A DNA stretch of 64,000 bases. It comes from an uncultured Anaerolineales bacterium (GTDB lineage Bacteria; Chloroflexota; Anaerolineae; Anaerolineales; UBA11858). The stretch spans positions 2,119-66,118 of the forward strand of contig CAZVPR010000009.1 of the NCBI GenBank assembly GCA_964629085.1, written 5' to 3'. This document shows positions 8,806 through 17,233 of this stretch, piece by piece (position 1 is the stretch's first letter; the number at the start of each line of letters is the position of its first letter). Under the pieces are notes generated by a model, which did no database searches, was not told the origin of the DNA, and saw only the letters and a program-made list of their open reading frames with translations. The translations under genes and the position numbers were made by a program.

Positions 8806-10044
8806 ATGACTCCTCGCCAACGAGTATTAGCCGCCATAAATCACCAAGAACCCGATAAGCTGCCCGTCGATATCGGCGCCACGCCCAGTTCGGGGATTTC
8901 GGCCATCGCCTATGATCAGTTGATCCGACATCTCGATTTCAAAGATCGCCGCAATTGGGTCTATGATGTCGTGCAGCAGGTCACTCAACCCTCGGCTGAA
9001 TTTCTGGATCGCTTTGGGATTGATTCTGTCGACGTGGCGCGCATGTTCAACACGCGTGACGAAGACTGGTATGACTATACTTTGGCCAACGGCAAAACTG
9101 CCCAACAGCCCAATTGGTTCCGTCCGGAACTGCAAGAAGACGGCTCCTATCTGGCTTATCTGAATCAGGAAGTGATCGCCAAGATGCCGGTTGGGGCGAC
9201 ATTCTACGACCAGACCGTTTTCCCATTTTTGGATGGATACCCCGAGAAATATGGCAAGAATATGGATCAGGCTATGGGACAAATCCATTGGGCGGGACTT
9301 GCGCATAGCCCCTGGGACCACGCCGGGGAGGCGGATTTTTGGGACCAACTGCGCTCGAAGGCGATCCAATTAAGGGAGACCAGCGATAGGGCTATCATGG
9401 TCGTGGCGGGGTGCAACCTCTTCGAGTGGGGCACCTTCTTGCGCCGGCTGGATAACTTCTTGATGGATTTGCTTCTTGACCAAGCCAATGTCGAACGCCT
9501 CTTGGATGCCCTGATGGAGCGCCACCTGAGAACACTGGAAAATGTTTGCAATGCCGTGGGCGATGTCGTTGATATCATCCGCTTTGGCGATGATCTGGGT
9601 ATGGACACCGGGCCGTTTATGAAGCCCGAAATTTATCAGAAACTCTTCAAGCCACGCCACACGATCTTGTGTGATTATGTCAAACAGCACAGCAGTATGC
9701 ACACATTCTTGCATTCATGTGGCTCGATTTATAAGTTGATCCCCGATCTGATCGAGGCGGGATTTAAAATTCTCAACCCGGTACAGATCAATTCACGGGA
9801 TATGGAGCCAGAACGTCTGAAGTCTGAATTTGGCAATGAGGTTGTCTTTTGGGGCGGTGGGGTAGATACCCGCTCAATTTTAAACAGAGCCACGCCCGAG
9901 GTAGTCAAAGACCATGTGCGGAAAAACATCGAAATCTTAGCCCCAGGCGGTGGTTTTATTTTCAACACAGTCCATAACATCATGCCAGATGTGCCGCCTG
10001 AAAATATCATGGCAATGTTTGCAGCCATTGACGAATATCGCTAA
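8806..10044 (+). CDS. URO-D family protein (paralogue 5)
   Basis: 412 aa. Motifs [24 protein letters not shown] and [20 protein letters not shown]. Confidence 0.85.
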   Translation: MTPRQRVLAAINHQEPDKLPVDIGATPSSGISAIAYDQLIRHLDFKDRRNWVYDVVQQVTQPSAEFLDRFGIDSVDVARMFNTRDEDWYDYTLANGKTAQQPNWFRPELQEDGSYLAYLNQEVIAKMPVGATFYDQTVFPFLDGYPEKYGKNMDQAMGQIHWAGLAHSPWDHAGEADFWDQLRSKAIQLRETSDRAIMVVAGCNLFEWGTFLRRLDNFLMDLLLDQANVERLLDALMERHLRTLENVCNAVGDVVDIIRFGDDLGMDTGPFMKPEIYQKLFKPRHTILCDYVKQHSSMHTFLHSCGSIYKLIPDLIEAGFKILNPVQINSRDMEPERLKSEFGNEVVFWGGGVDTRSILNRATPEVVKDHVRKNIEILAPGGGFIFNTVHNIMPDVPPENIMAMFAAIDEYR

Positions 10045-10053
10045 CAAAATCAA

Positions 10054-10092
10054 TCGATAAGTGCCATGTTTGGCCCTTATCGAAAATTTTTT
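10054..10092 (+). terminator. Candidate Rho-independent terminator
   Basis: TCGATAAG (10054-10061) / CTTATCGA (10076-10083) stem with a 14-nt loop, followed by AAATTTTTT. The stem is short and AT-rich. Confidence 0.4.
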
Positions 10093-10136
10093 ATCCAATA
10101 TGGTACGGGTACCATAAGCAGAGACAAGGAGAAAAC

Positions 10137-11948
10137 ATGAGTACAGACCAAATGAAATCCAATCCACCTCGCAACCGCCTGGTTGGAGAGATGCCCAAAA
10201 TTGGTATCCGACCCACCATTGACGGTCGCCGTAAAGGTGTGCGCGAATCGCTTGAAGACCAAACCATGAACATGGCCAAAAATGTGGCCGCTTTCCTGAG
10301 TGAAAACCTACGTCATGCCAATGGTACTCCCGTCGAATGCGTGATTGCCGATACCACCATTGGTGGCGTGGCTGAGGCTGCTCAATCCGCGGAGAAATTT
10401 GCCCGAGAAGGTGTGGGCGTTTCTTTAACAGTCACGCCTTGCTGGTGTTACGGCTCGGAAACTATGGATATGGACCCCCTGACTCCGAAGGCTGTCTGGG
10501 GCTTCAACGGCACCGAGCGACCCGGAGCGGTCTACCTGGCGGCCGTGATGGCGGGGCACAGTCAAAAAGGGCTTCCGGCTTTCAGCATCTATGGCCGTGA
10601 TGTACAAGACAACGATGATACGAGCATCCCCGAGGATGTCCAGGAGAAGCTGCTGCGTTTTGGGCGCGCCGGTTTGGCAGTCGCCACCATGCGAGGTAAA
10701 TCCTACCTCTCGATGGGCGGCGTATCCATGGGCATTGCCGGGTCGATTGTCGATCAGGACCTATTCGAAGAATTCCTGGGAATGCGTGTTGAGTCGGTCG
10801 ACATGACTGAATTTACTCGTCGTTTCAATGAAGAAATATACGATCCCGAAGAATTTGAAGTGGCTCTAAAATGGGTCAAGGAAAACTGCCCCGAGGGTAA
10901 AGACTACAATCCTCCCGAAGATGAGCAAAGCCGTGAGCAAAAGGATGCCAACTGGGCGACCTCTGTCAAGATGGCGCTGATCGCCCGAGATCTGATGGTC
11001 GGCAATCCGCGCCTGACCGAGTTGGGCTATGGTGAGGAGGCCATGGGGCGCAATGCCATTGCAGGCGGCTTCCAGGGTCAACGGCAATGGACGGATCACT
11101 ACCCCAACGGTGATTTCATGGAAGCGATCTTGAATACTTCCTTCGACTGGACGGGTATTCGAGAGCCCTATATTGTAGCCACCGAAAATGATGCTCTGAA
11201 CGGCATTTGTATGCTGTTTGGCCAGCTGCTGACCGGCACCGCCCAGATCTTTGCCGATGTTCGCACCTACTGGAGTCCAGAAGCGGTCAAACGTGTCAGC
11301 GGCTATGACCTGGAAGGTAAGGCGGCCGGTGGAATTTTGCATCTGATCAATTCTGGCCCCGCAGCGTTAGATGGCACCGGCCAGCAAGAGATCGATGGCA
11401 AACCGGCCATGAAGCCTTATTGGGAGATCACGGCTGAGGAGGCGAAAAGCTGTCTCGAAGCCACCAGTTGGCACGCTGGAATTACAGAATATTTCCGTGG
11501 CGGCGGTTGGTCGACCAAATATAAAACCCAGGGCAGAATGCCGGTGACCATGTGCCGGATAAACCTGATCAAGGGTTTGGGACCGGCGCTGCAGATTGCC
11601 GAAGGCTATTCCGTTGAACTGCCCGAGGATGTACACTTCACCCTCGATGAGCGCACCAATCCCACCTGGCCGACAACCTGGTTTGCGCCCAACCTGACCG
11701 GCCAAGGACCCTTCCGCGATGTCTACACTGTTATGGCCAATTGGGGAGCCAATCATGGCTCGATTTCTTACGGTCATATCGGCGCCGATCTGATCACATT
11801 AGCCTCGATGCTGCGAATTCCGGTTTATATGCACAATGTGCCCGCAGAGCAAGTGTACCAACCGCATGCCTGGGCAGCCTTTGGTGCTAATGAACCCCAA
11901 AGTGCAGATTTCCGGGCTTGCGCGAGCTTTGGTGCTTTATACGCGTGA
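10137..11948 (+). CDS. fucI: L-fucose isomerase
   Basis: 603 aa. Length and N-terminus ([22 protein letters not shown]...) match FucI. AAGGAGA RBS. Confidence 0.9.
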   Translation: MSTDQMKSNPPRNRLVGEMPKIGIRPTIDGRRKGVRESLEDQTMNMAKNVAAFLSENLRHANGTPVECVIADTTIGGVAEAAQSAEKFAREGVGVSLTVTPCWCYGSETMDMDPLTPKAVWGFNGTERPGAVYLAAVMAGHSQKGLPAFSIYGRDVQDNDDTSIPEDVQEKLLRFGRAGLAVATMRGKSYLSMGGVSMGIAGSIVDQDLFEEFLGMRVESVDMTEFTRRFNEEIYDPEEFEVALKWVKENCPEGKDYNPPEDEQSREQKDANWATSVKMALIARDLMVGNPRLTELGYGEEAMGRNAIAGGFQGQRQWTDHYPNGDFMEAILNTSFDWTGIREPYIVATENDALNGICMLFGQLLTGTAQIFADVRTYWSPEAVKRVSGYDLEGKAAGGILHLINSGPAALDGTGQQEIDGKPAMKPYWEITAEEAKSCLEATSWHAGITEYFRGGGWSTKYKTQGRMPVTMCRINLIKGLGPALQIAEGYSVELPEDVHFTLDERTNPTWPTTWFAPNLTGQGPFRDVYTVMANWGANHGSISYGHIGADLITLASMLRIPVYMHNVPAEQVYQPHAWAAFGANEPQSADFRACASFGALYA

Positions 11949-11968
11949 TATATTCTCTCCTTGTTTTT

Positions 11969-12000
11969 CCTGGTAGAGGTTTTGGGGTACCTCTACCAGG
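11969..12000 (+). terminator. Strong hairpin downstream of fucI (attenuator/terminator-like, no T-tract)
   Basis: CCTGGTAGAGGT (11969-11980) / ACCTCTACCAGG (11989-12000) form a perfect 12-bp stem with an 8-nt loop. Confidence 0.35.
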
Positions 12001-12078
12001 AACTATTGGTCTTATAATTCTAGAAACGTCCTTTCAGGATGCTTCGGCTTTACAAATTAGAAATAATGGAATTGTGCT

Positions 12079-13563
12079 ATGACCTCATTTGCAGCAATTG
12101 ACCTGGGTGCTGAAAGCGGCCGCGTGATGCTCGGCTCGTTGAAGGGCAAAAATCTTAAACTGAAAGAACTTCATCGTTTTTCGAATGGTGGTGTCCGCCT
12201 TGGAGAAAGTTTGCAGTGGGATGTCTTGCGACTTTGGAGTGAGATCAAGAATGGCTTACAATTTGCTGGTCAAGAACCGGGGATTGATTTGAAAAGTGCC
12301 GGGCTTGATACCTGGGGCGTAGATTTCGGTCTTTTGGCCGCGGATGACTCACTGTTAGGTAATCCCTATCATTATCGTGACGGCCGCACAGATAGCATGC
12401 TGGAAGAAGTTTTTTCTCGGATTCCTCAGTGGGAAATCTATCAATGTACCGGTATCCAGTTTATGCAGCTCAACAGCCTGTATCAGCTTTTCGCAATGGC
12501 TCAGGCTAAATCGCCACAGCTTTCACTGGCCAAGCGATTTTTGAACATGCCAGACTTGCTAAACTTTTTTATGACAGGCCGAAAAGCCAATGAGTTCACT
12601 ATCTCGACAACTACGCAATGTTACGATCCCATTAAGAAAGATTGGGCTTTTAATCTTCTTGAGAACCTGGACATTCCAGGAGAGATTTTTGGTGAGATCG
12701 TACCTTCTGGGACAGTATTAGGGGAATTGCGCGCCTCAATTGCTCAGGAATTAGGATTATCCCAATTATCTGTGGTAGCCAGTGCTGGCCATGATACGGC
12801 CAGCGCGGTTGCGGCGGTGCCCGCCGTTCCGGCGTCGACACAAGATTTCATTTACCTTAGCTCTGGGACCTGGTCTTTATTAGGTGTAGAACTCGACCAA
12901 CCCATGATCACCCGAGAGAGCATGAATGCCCCCATGACCAATGAGGGTGGCGTTGGTGACAAGATCCGTTTCTTGAAGAATATTGTCGGGTTATGGTTGA
13001 TTCAGGAGTGTCGCAGAAATTGGGGTACCCATGGAAAAAACTATAGCTACGATGATCTGAGCAGTATTGCTGCCCAGGCTGCTCCCTTTGGGTCCTTAGT
13101 AAATCCGGATGATTCCCGCTTCTTGGCTCCAGATGAGATGCCTAAGGCTATTCAAAGTTATTGCCAGGAAACCGGTCAAACCGTTCCATTAACCCATGGG
13201 GAAATCGTACGTTGCGTGCTGGAAAGTCTGGCCATGGAATACCGTTGGGTGGCTGAGCAAATCGATCAACTGACAAAAAAACATCATCCTGTGATCCATA
13301 TCATTGGTGGTGGTTCGCAAAACAAGCTGCTCAATCAATTTGCAGCCAATGCCACCGGGCGGACAGTTATTGCCGGCCCAGTGGAGGCTACCGCGATTGG
13401 CAATGTCTTGGTTCAGGCAATTGCCATGGGTGAAATCGGTTCGCTGGCAGAAGGACGCGGGATTGTAAAAGGCTCGTTTGCTGTAGAGACATATCAGCCA
13501 GTTGATACTGGAGCCTGGGATGATGCTTATCAAGGTTATATAGACCTGAAAACGAGAAAGTAA
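12079..13563 (+). CDS. FGGY-family sugar kinase, rhamnulokinase-like (L-rhamnulose/L-fuculose kinase)
   Basis: 494 aa. N-terminus AAIDLGAESGRVMLG..LHRFSNG resembles E. coli RhaB (VDLGASSGRVML..IHRFNNG). Sits between fucI and a FucA-like aldolase. Confidence 0.85.
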   Translation: MTSFAAIDLGAESGRVMLGSLKGKNLKLKELHRFSNGGVRLGESLQWDVLRLWSEIKNGLQFAGQEPGIDLKSAGLDTWGVDFGLLAADDSLLGNPYHYRDGRTDSMLEEVFSRIPQWEIYQCTGIQFMQLNSLYQLFAMAQAKSPQLSLAKRFLNMPDLLNFFMTGRKANEFTISTTTQCYDPIKKDWAFNLLENLDIPGEIFGEIVPSGTVLGELRASIAQELGLSQLSVVASAGHDTASAVAAVPAVPASTQDFIYLSSGTWSLLGVELDQPMITRESMNAPMTNEGGVGDKIRFLKNIVGLWLIQECRRNWGTHGKNYSYDDLSSIAAQAAPFGSLVNPDDSRFLAPDEMPKAIQSYCQETGQTVPLTHGEIVRCVLESLAMEYRWVAEQIDQLTKKHHPVIHIIGGGSQNKLLNQFAANATGRTVIAGPVEATAIGNVLVQAIAMGEIGSLAEGRGIVKGSFAVETYQPVDTGAWDDAYQGYIDLKTRK

Positions 13564-13565
13564 TT

Positions 13566-14222
13566 ATGGTACAGAGTGAATATCGCTTGCGCCAGGAAAT
13601 AGTGCGTGTGACGCGCATCGTTGCCAACCAGGGCCTGGTGCGCTCTAGTGATGGAAATATTTCCATTCGGTTGGAAGCAGATCGATTTCTGGTCACCCCG
13701 AGCGGCCTTTATAAAATGGCGATGGAACCGGATGATCCGATTATTGTGGATTCGTCTGGAACCGTATTGGTGGGTAAACCCGGTTTGCGACCGACTTCAG
13801 AAATCAACATGCATTTGGAAGCTTACCGACAAAGACCGGATATTCAGGCAGTTTTACATGCACATCCTCCCTTTGCCACGGCTTTAACAATTGCTGAACG
13901 CTCATTTCCTACCGACTATTTACCTGAGGTGTTGATTGCTTTAGGCGATGTGCCTATCGCTGGTTATGGCACCCCTGGGACGCCGCAATTAGGCGAAAGT
14001 ATTCGCGAATTGATCAAAGATCATAATGTGGTTTTGCTCAGTCATCACGGCAGTCTCAATGTGGGAAAAACCCTGGAAGAGGCGCTAATTTCCCTGGAAC
14101 GATTGGAGCACGCCGCTTACACATATTGCTTAGCGCACGGCCTGGGTAATCCTATCCCGCTGCCGGAAAAAGAGTTGCTGAATTTGCGAGAAATTGGGAA
14201 GAACTTGAGTCAAGGATCTTAA
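13566..14222 (+). CDS. fucA: Class II aldolase/adducin family, L-fuculose-1-phosphate aldolase-like
   Basis: 218 aa, which is FucA-size. Motifs SDGNISIR..VTPSG and LHAHPPFATAL. Starts 3 nt after the kinase stop. Confidence 0.75.
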   Translation: MVQSEYRLRQEIVRVTRIVANQGLVRSSDGNISIRLEADRFLVTPSGLYKMAMEPDDPIIVDSSGTVLVGKPGLRPTSEINMHLEAYRQRPDIQAVLHAHPPFATALTIAERSFPTDYLPEVLIALGDVPIAGYGTPGTPQLGESIRELIKDHNVVLLSHHGSLNVGKTLEEALISLERLEHAAYTYCLAHGLGNPIPLPEKELLNLREIGKNLSQGS

Positions 14223-14228
14223 CTATGT

Positions 14229-14259
14229 GAAGTTCAACTTACATATAAAGTTGAACTTC
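14229..14259 (+). terminator. Hairpin after the aldolase gene
   Basis: GAAGTTCAACTT (14229-14240) / AAGTTGAACTTC (14248-14259) form a perfect 12-bp stem with a 7-nt loop and no clear T-tract. Confidence 0.4.
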
Positions 14260-14289
14260 TACCTGGTAAGCAAACCTTAGACACAGGAA

Positions 14290-14461
14290 TTACGCAGTTT
14301 GCATCCTGCCCTTACAGGATGCTTGGCGAAGTGGTCCCCGCCGAAGGCGTGCCGTTGGCAAGGGACTGTATCGAGCATGCGACTGGGAGAAAATTGCATC
14401 CTGAGTAGCCAGAGGCGTATCGAAGGGCCAATATTCTCCTGAAAAGCTCTCAACTGCGTAA
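14290..14461. mobile_element. MITE-like structured repeat, copy 1 (172 nt)
   Basis: Terminal inverted repeat TTACGCAGTT (14290-14299) / AACTGCGTAA (14452-14461). Internal hairpin GCATCCT-GCCCTTAC-AGGATGC. A second copy lies at 60887-61067 and a short fragment (CAGGATGCTT core) near 12030-12050. The ORFs drawn over it (14290..14487 -, 60838..61101 +) are not credible genes. Confidence 0.6.
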
Positions 14462-14511
14462 CGCTTAAGACAATACCAAAGAAGCAAAAATCTTGATTTG
14501 GAGAAATTTTT

Positions 14512-16329
14512 ATGAATGGTTGGACGAAAAAATTAATACGAGTAGATTTGACTACCAGAAAAACATCGGTCGAAGAGATCGATGATCAAATCTTGCATCA
14601 ATACCTGGGGGGGAGAGGTTTAGGAACTTTCCTGGTATATTCTGAAGTATCACCAGACATCGACCCCCTCGGTCCAGAGAACCTGCTGGCTTTTTGCACG
14701 GGCTCTATGACTGGTCTGCGCGTTCCCACGGGAGGGCGTTCCAGTATGAGCACGCTCTCTCCGTTGACTGGCACAGTATTTGATGCCAACTCAGGTTCAC
14801 AATTTGGTGTGCGCTTGCGCTGGGCTGGATATGATGCCTTGGTAGTCAGTGGCCAAGCCAGCGAACCGGTTTGGCTGGAAATAGATTTGGAGGGTGCCAA
14901 AATTCATTCGGCTGAGGATTTGTGGGGACAGGAAATCCCCGAAACTGTCGAAAGCCTTAAATCGCAGGCCAAAACCAAGGGATCAGCCGTGGTTAGCATC
15001 GGTCCCGCGGGCGAGTACCAAGTTCTGTTTGCTGCCATCGCCGATGAAAAAGGGCGCTGCTTCGGACGTGGTGGAGTCGGCGCTGTGATGGGTTCCAAGA
15101 ATCTCAAAGCGATAGTAGCCCGTGGTAAAGATAAGCCTGGGATTGCCGACACCAAAATTTTTGATTTTGTGAATTATGAAGCCAGCAAAATGGTCAACGC
15201 TTCGCCACGAACATCGCAAGGTTTGCCGGAGTTCGGCACCTCGGTGCTGGTCAATTTGATGAACTGGTATGGTGTCTTGCCCACAAATAACTTTCAGCTT
15301 GGTGAATTCGCAGGGGCAGACAAAATTTCGGGAGAGCGATTGCGTGATGAATACCTTACAAAACGCGGCGCCTGCTGGGGTTGTCCCATTGGCTGTAAGC
15401 GCAATACCAAAACCGAACGCGAAACAGGTGAAGGTCCAGAATATGAGACCATCTATGCCCTGGGGTCATCCTTGGGCATAGATGATTTTGATGCTGTCAT
15501 AGAGGCTAACTACTTGTGCAATCGCCTGGGTATGGATACGATCTCTTGCGGCGCTACGATTGCCTGCGCCATGGAGCTGGCTGAACGCGGTTTGCTTGAT
15601 ACAGAATTGGCCTTTGGACGCGCCGATTTGCTCCTGCAGACCGTCGAAGATATCGCTCATCGTCGTGATCTGGGTGACGAACTTGCTCAAGGCTCCAAGC
15701 GACTGGCCGAAAAATACAATGCTCAGGAAACTGCAATGCAGGTCAAAGGGCTCGAATTTCCGGCGTATGATCCCCGAGGCATGCAAGGGCAGGGATTGTT
15801 ATACGCCACGTCCAATCGTGGTGCCTGCCACTTGCGTGGTAACATGCTCGGGCCGGAACTGCTCGGCTCGCCAAAAATGTTGGATCGCCATGCTTCCTCT
15901 GGAAAAGCAGGCATCTTAATCGTGATGCAGCATAGTAACGCCGTGATCGATTCGATTGGTATGTGCAAATTTGTTAATTTTGCTATTGGTGATGATTTCT
16001 TTGCGCGTATGATGAGTTCTGTTACCGGTGTGGATTATGAAGTTCAAGATTTACAACTGGCCGGTGAGCGCATCTGGAATTTGGAGCGACTTTACAACCT
16101 TCGGGCGGGATTCAGCGCCTCTGACGATACCTTGCCTCCCAGGTTCCTGGAACAACCCCTCAAAGAGGGCGGCAGCGCCGGGCATGTAGTTCAACTGGAA
16201 GAGATGTTGGCAGAATATTACCGTTTCCGTGGATGGACGCCTGAAGGCGAACCAACAGACAAAAAATTATCAGCTTTGGGCCTCACTAAATTAGGCGCAA
16301 AGTATTCGGAGGCACGCAGTCATGCTTGA
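14512..16329 (+). CDS. aor: Aldehyde:ferredoxin oxidoreductase (AOR family, tungsto/molybdopterin + [4Fe-4S])
   Basis: 605 aa. N-terminus GWTKKLIRVDLTT..YLGGRGLG is the AOR N-domain signature. Has a Cys cluster (CWGCPIGC). GGAGAAA RBS. Confidence 0.9.
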   Translation: MNGWTKKLIRVDLTTRKTSVEEIDDQILHQYLGGRGLGTFLVYSEVSPDIDPLGPENLLAFCTGSMTGLRVPTGGRSSMSTLSPLTGTVFDANSGSQFGVRLRWAGYDALVVSGQASEPVWLEIDLEGAKIHSAEDLWGQEIPETVESLKSQAKTKGSAVVSIGPAGEYQVLFAAIADEKGRCFGRGGVGAVMGSKNLKAIVARGKDKPGIADTKIFDFVNYEASKMVNASPRTSQGLPEFGTSVLVNLMNWYGVLPTNNFQLGEFAGADKISGERLRDEYLTKRGACWGCPIGCKRNTKTERETGEGPEYETIYALGSSLGIDDFDAVIEANYLCNRLGMDTISCGATIACAMELAERGLLDTELAFGRADLLLQTVEDIAHRRDLGDELAQGSKRLAEKYNAQETAMQVKGLEFPAYDPRGMQGQGLLYATSNRGACHLRGNMLGPELLGSPKMLDRHASSGKAGILIVMQHSNAVIDSIGMCKFVNFAIGDDFFARMMSSVTGVDYEVQDLQLAGERIWNLERLYNLRAGFSASDDTLPPRFLEQPLKEGGSAGHVVQLEEMLAEYYRFRGWTPEGEPTDKKLSALGLTKLGAKYSEARSHA

Positions 16330-16951
16330 TCAATTTCAGCGTTTTGGACACGATTTATTTATGCGCGGTCTGACCTCCTCGCATGGCGGCAATATGAGCG
16401 TGCGCATGGGCGACCGAATTTTCATTACAAGGACCGGTGCAATGCTGGCCCACATGACGGAAAAAGATATCATCGAAATTGGCCTGGATGAGGATGATAG
16501 CAATATCATGTTGGCATCCAGTGAACTGGTTGTTCATCGTGAAATCTACCAGAAGACGCCGGCCCTGGCCATTGTGCATGTGCACCCGCCGCATGCGGTG
16601 GCAATATCGATGGCCGTTGAAGATGCCATCATTCCCATCGATAGCGAAGGGTCGTATTTGTTCCGCAAAGTTCCTGTAGTACAAACTGAAAAAACCGTCG
16701 GTTCGAAAGAAGCTGCCAAAATTGCCGCCGAAATGCTGGGAGAATACAAGATCTTTATGCTGCGCGGCCATGGCTGTTTCTCGATTGGGCCTGTGCTGGA
16801 GGAAGCTTACCAGTGGTGTTCGAGTCTGGAAGAATCCTGCAAAATGTATTACCTCACCCGAACACTACAGGCAGCCGAGGCAGCCATTTCGCAAGGGGGC
16901 CTGGGCGATCTAGAATATCGTAAACACACTGGCGATTACGATACCTGGTAA
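16322..16951 (+). CDS. Class II aldolase/adducin family protein (second copy)
   Basis: 209 aa. Motifs SHGGNMSVR..ITRTG and VHVHPPHAVAIS. Overlaps the AOR stop by 8 nt, suggesting translational coupling. Confidence 0.8.
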   Translation: MLDQFQRFGHDLFMRGLTSSHGGNMSVRMGDRIFITRTGAMLAHMTEKDIIEIGLDEDDSNIMLASSELVVHREIYQKTPALAIVHVHPPHAVAISMAVEDAIIPIDSEGSYLFRKVPVVQTEKTVGSKEAAKIAAEMLGEYKIFMLRGHGCFSIGPVLEEAYQWCSSLEESCKMYYLTRTLQAAEAAISQGGLGDLEYRKHTGDYDTW

Positions 16952-17233
16952 TCAAGAAAATTAATGAGCAAGTCAGGGATTCAGGAAAGCGGTTTTCGAT
17001 TCTTAGGATCCTGGTTTCCTTATCGCCAAAAAACTCGTGTCAGAAAAATATTCTTGATAATATATGTGCGACGCACTTAGTTGCAGAGTGAGCAACCTGG
17101 CAATGACTTTGCACAAGTGCGTTGCACCTTGACCCTGTATCCTTGAAAATGTGAGTTTTATCAAGGCTGCCATAACCCTCCATACTTGGTAAAATCTAAG
17201 TTGCAAACAACGAAGTCTAAGGAGAAATGTAAT

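Noticed and set aside
1-10044. Annotating the URO-D paralogues as hemE (heme biosynthesis) or as corrinoid methyltransferases.
   Set aside because: Five copies sit inside a sugar transport/catabolism operon with no other heme genes and no corrinoid protein in the window, so neither label is safe. I kept them as family-level calls.
12013-12018. Perfect TATAAT upstream of the kinase gene.
   Set aside because: There is no acceptable -35 at 16-19 nt, and it lies just after a hairpin inside what looks like a continuous operon. This is too weak to call.
14290-14487. ORFs 14290..14487 (-) and 60838..61101 (+), which share the peptide FDTPLATQDAIFS.
   Set aside because: The shared peptide comes from the inverted internal block of the MITE-like repeat. 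The ORFs coincide with the repeat, not with genes.
17186-17233. Longer N-terminal extensions offered by the track for three genes: 17186 for the epimerase, 55914 for the P450 and 60459 for the HU-like gene. Also 22190 for the small membrane protein.
   Set aside because: In each case an internal ATG is preceded at 5-8 nt by a strong GGAG-type RBS, and the extension adds non-conserved residues. I kept the shorter forms, but this is not proven.
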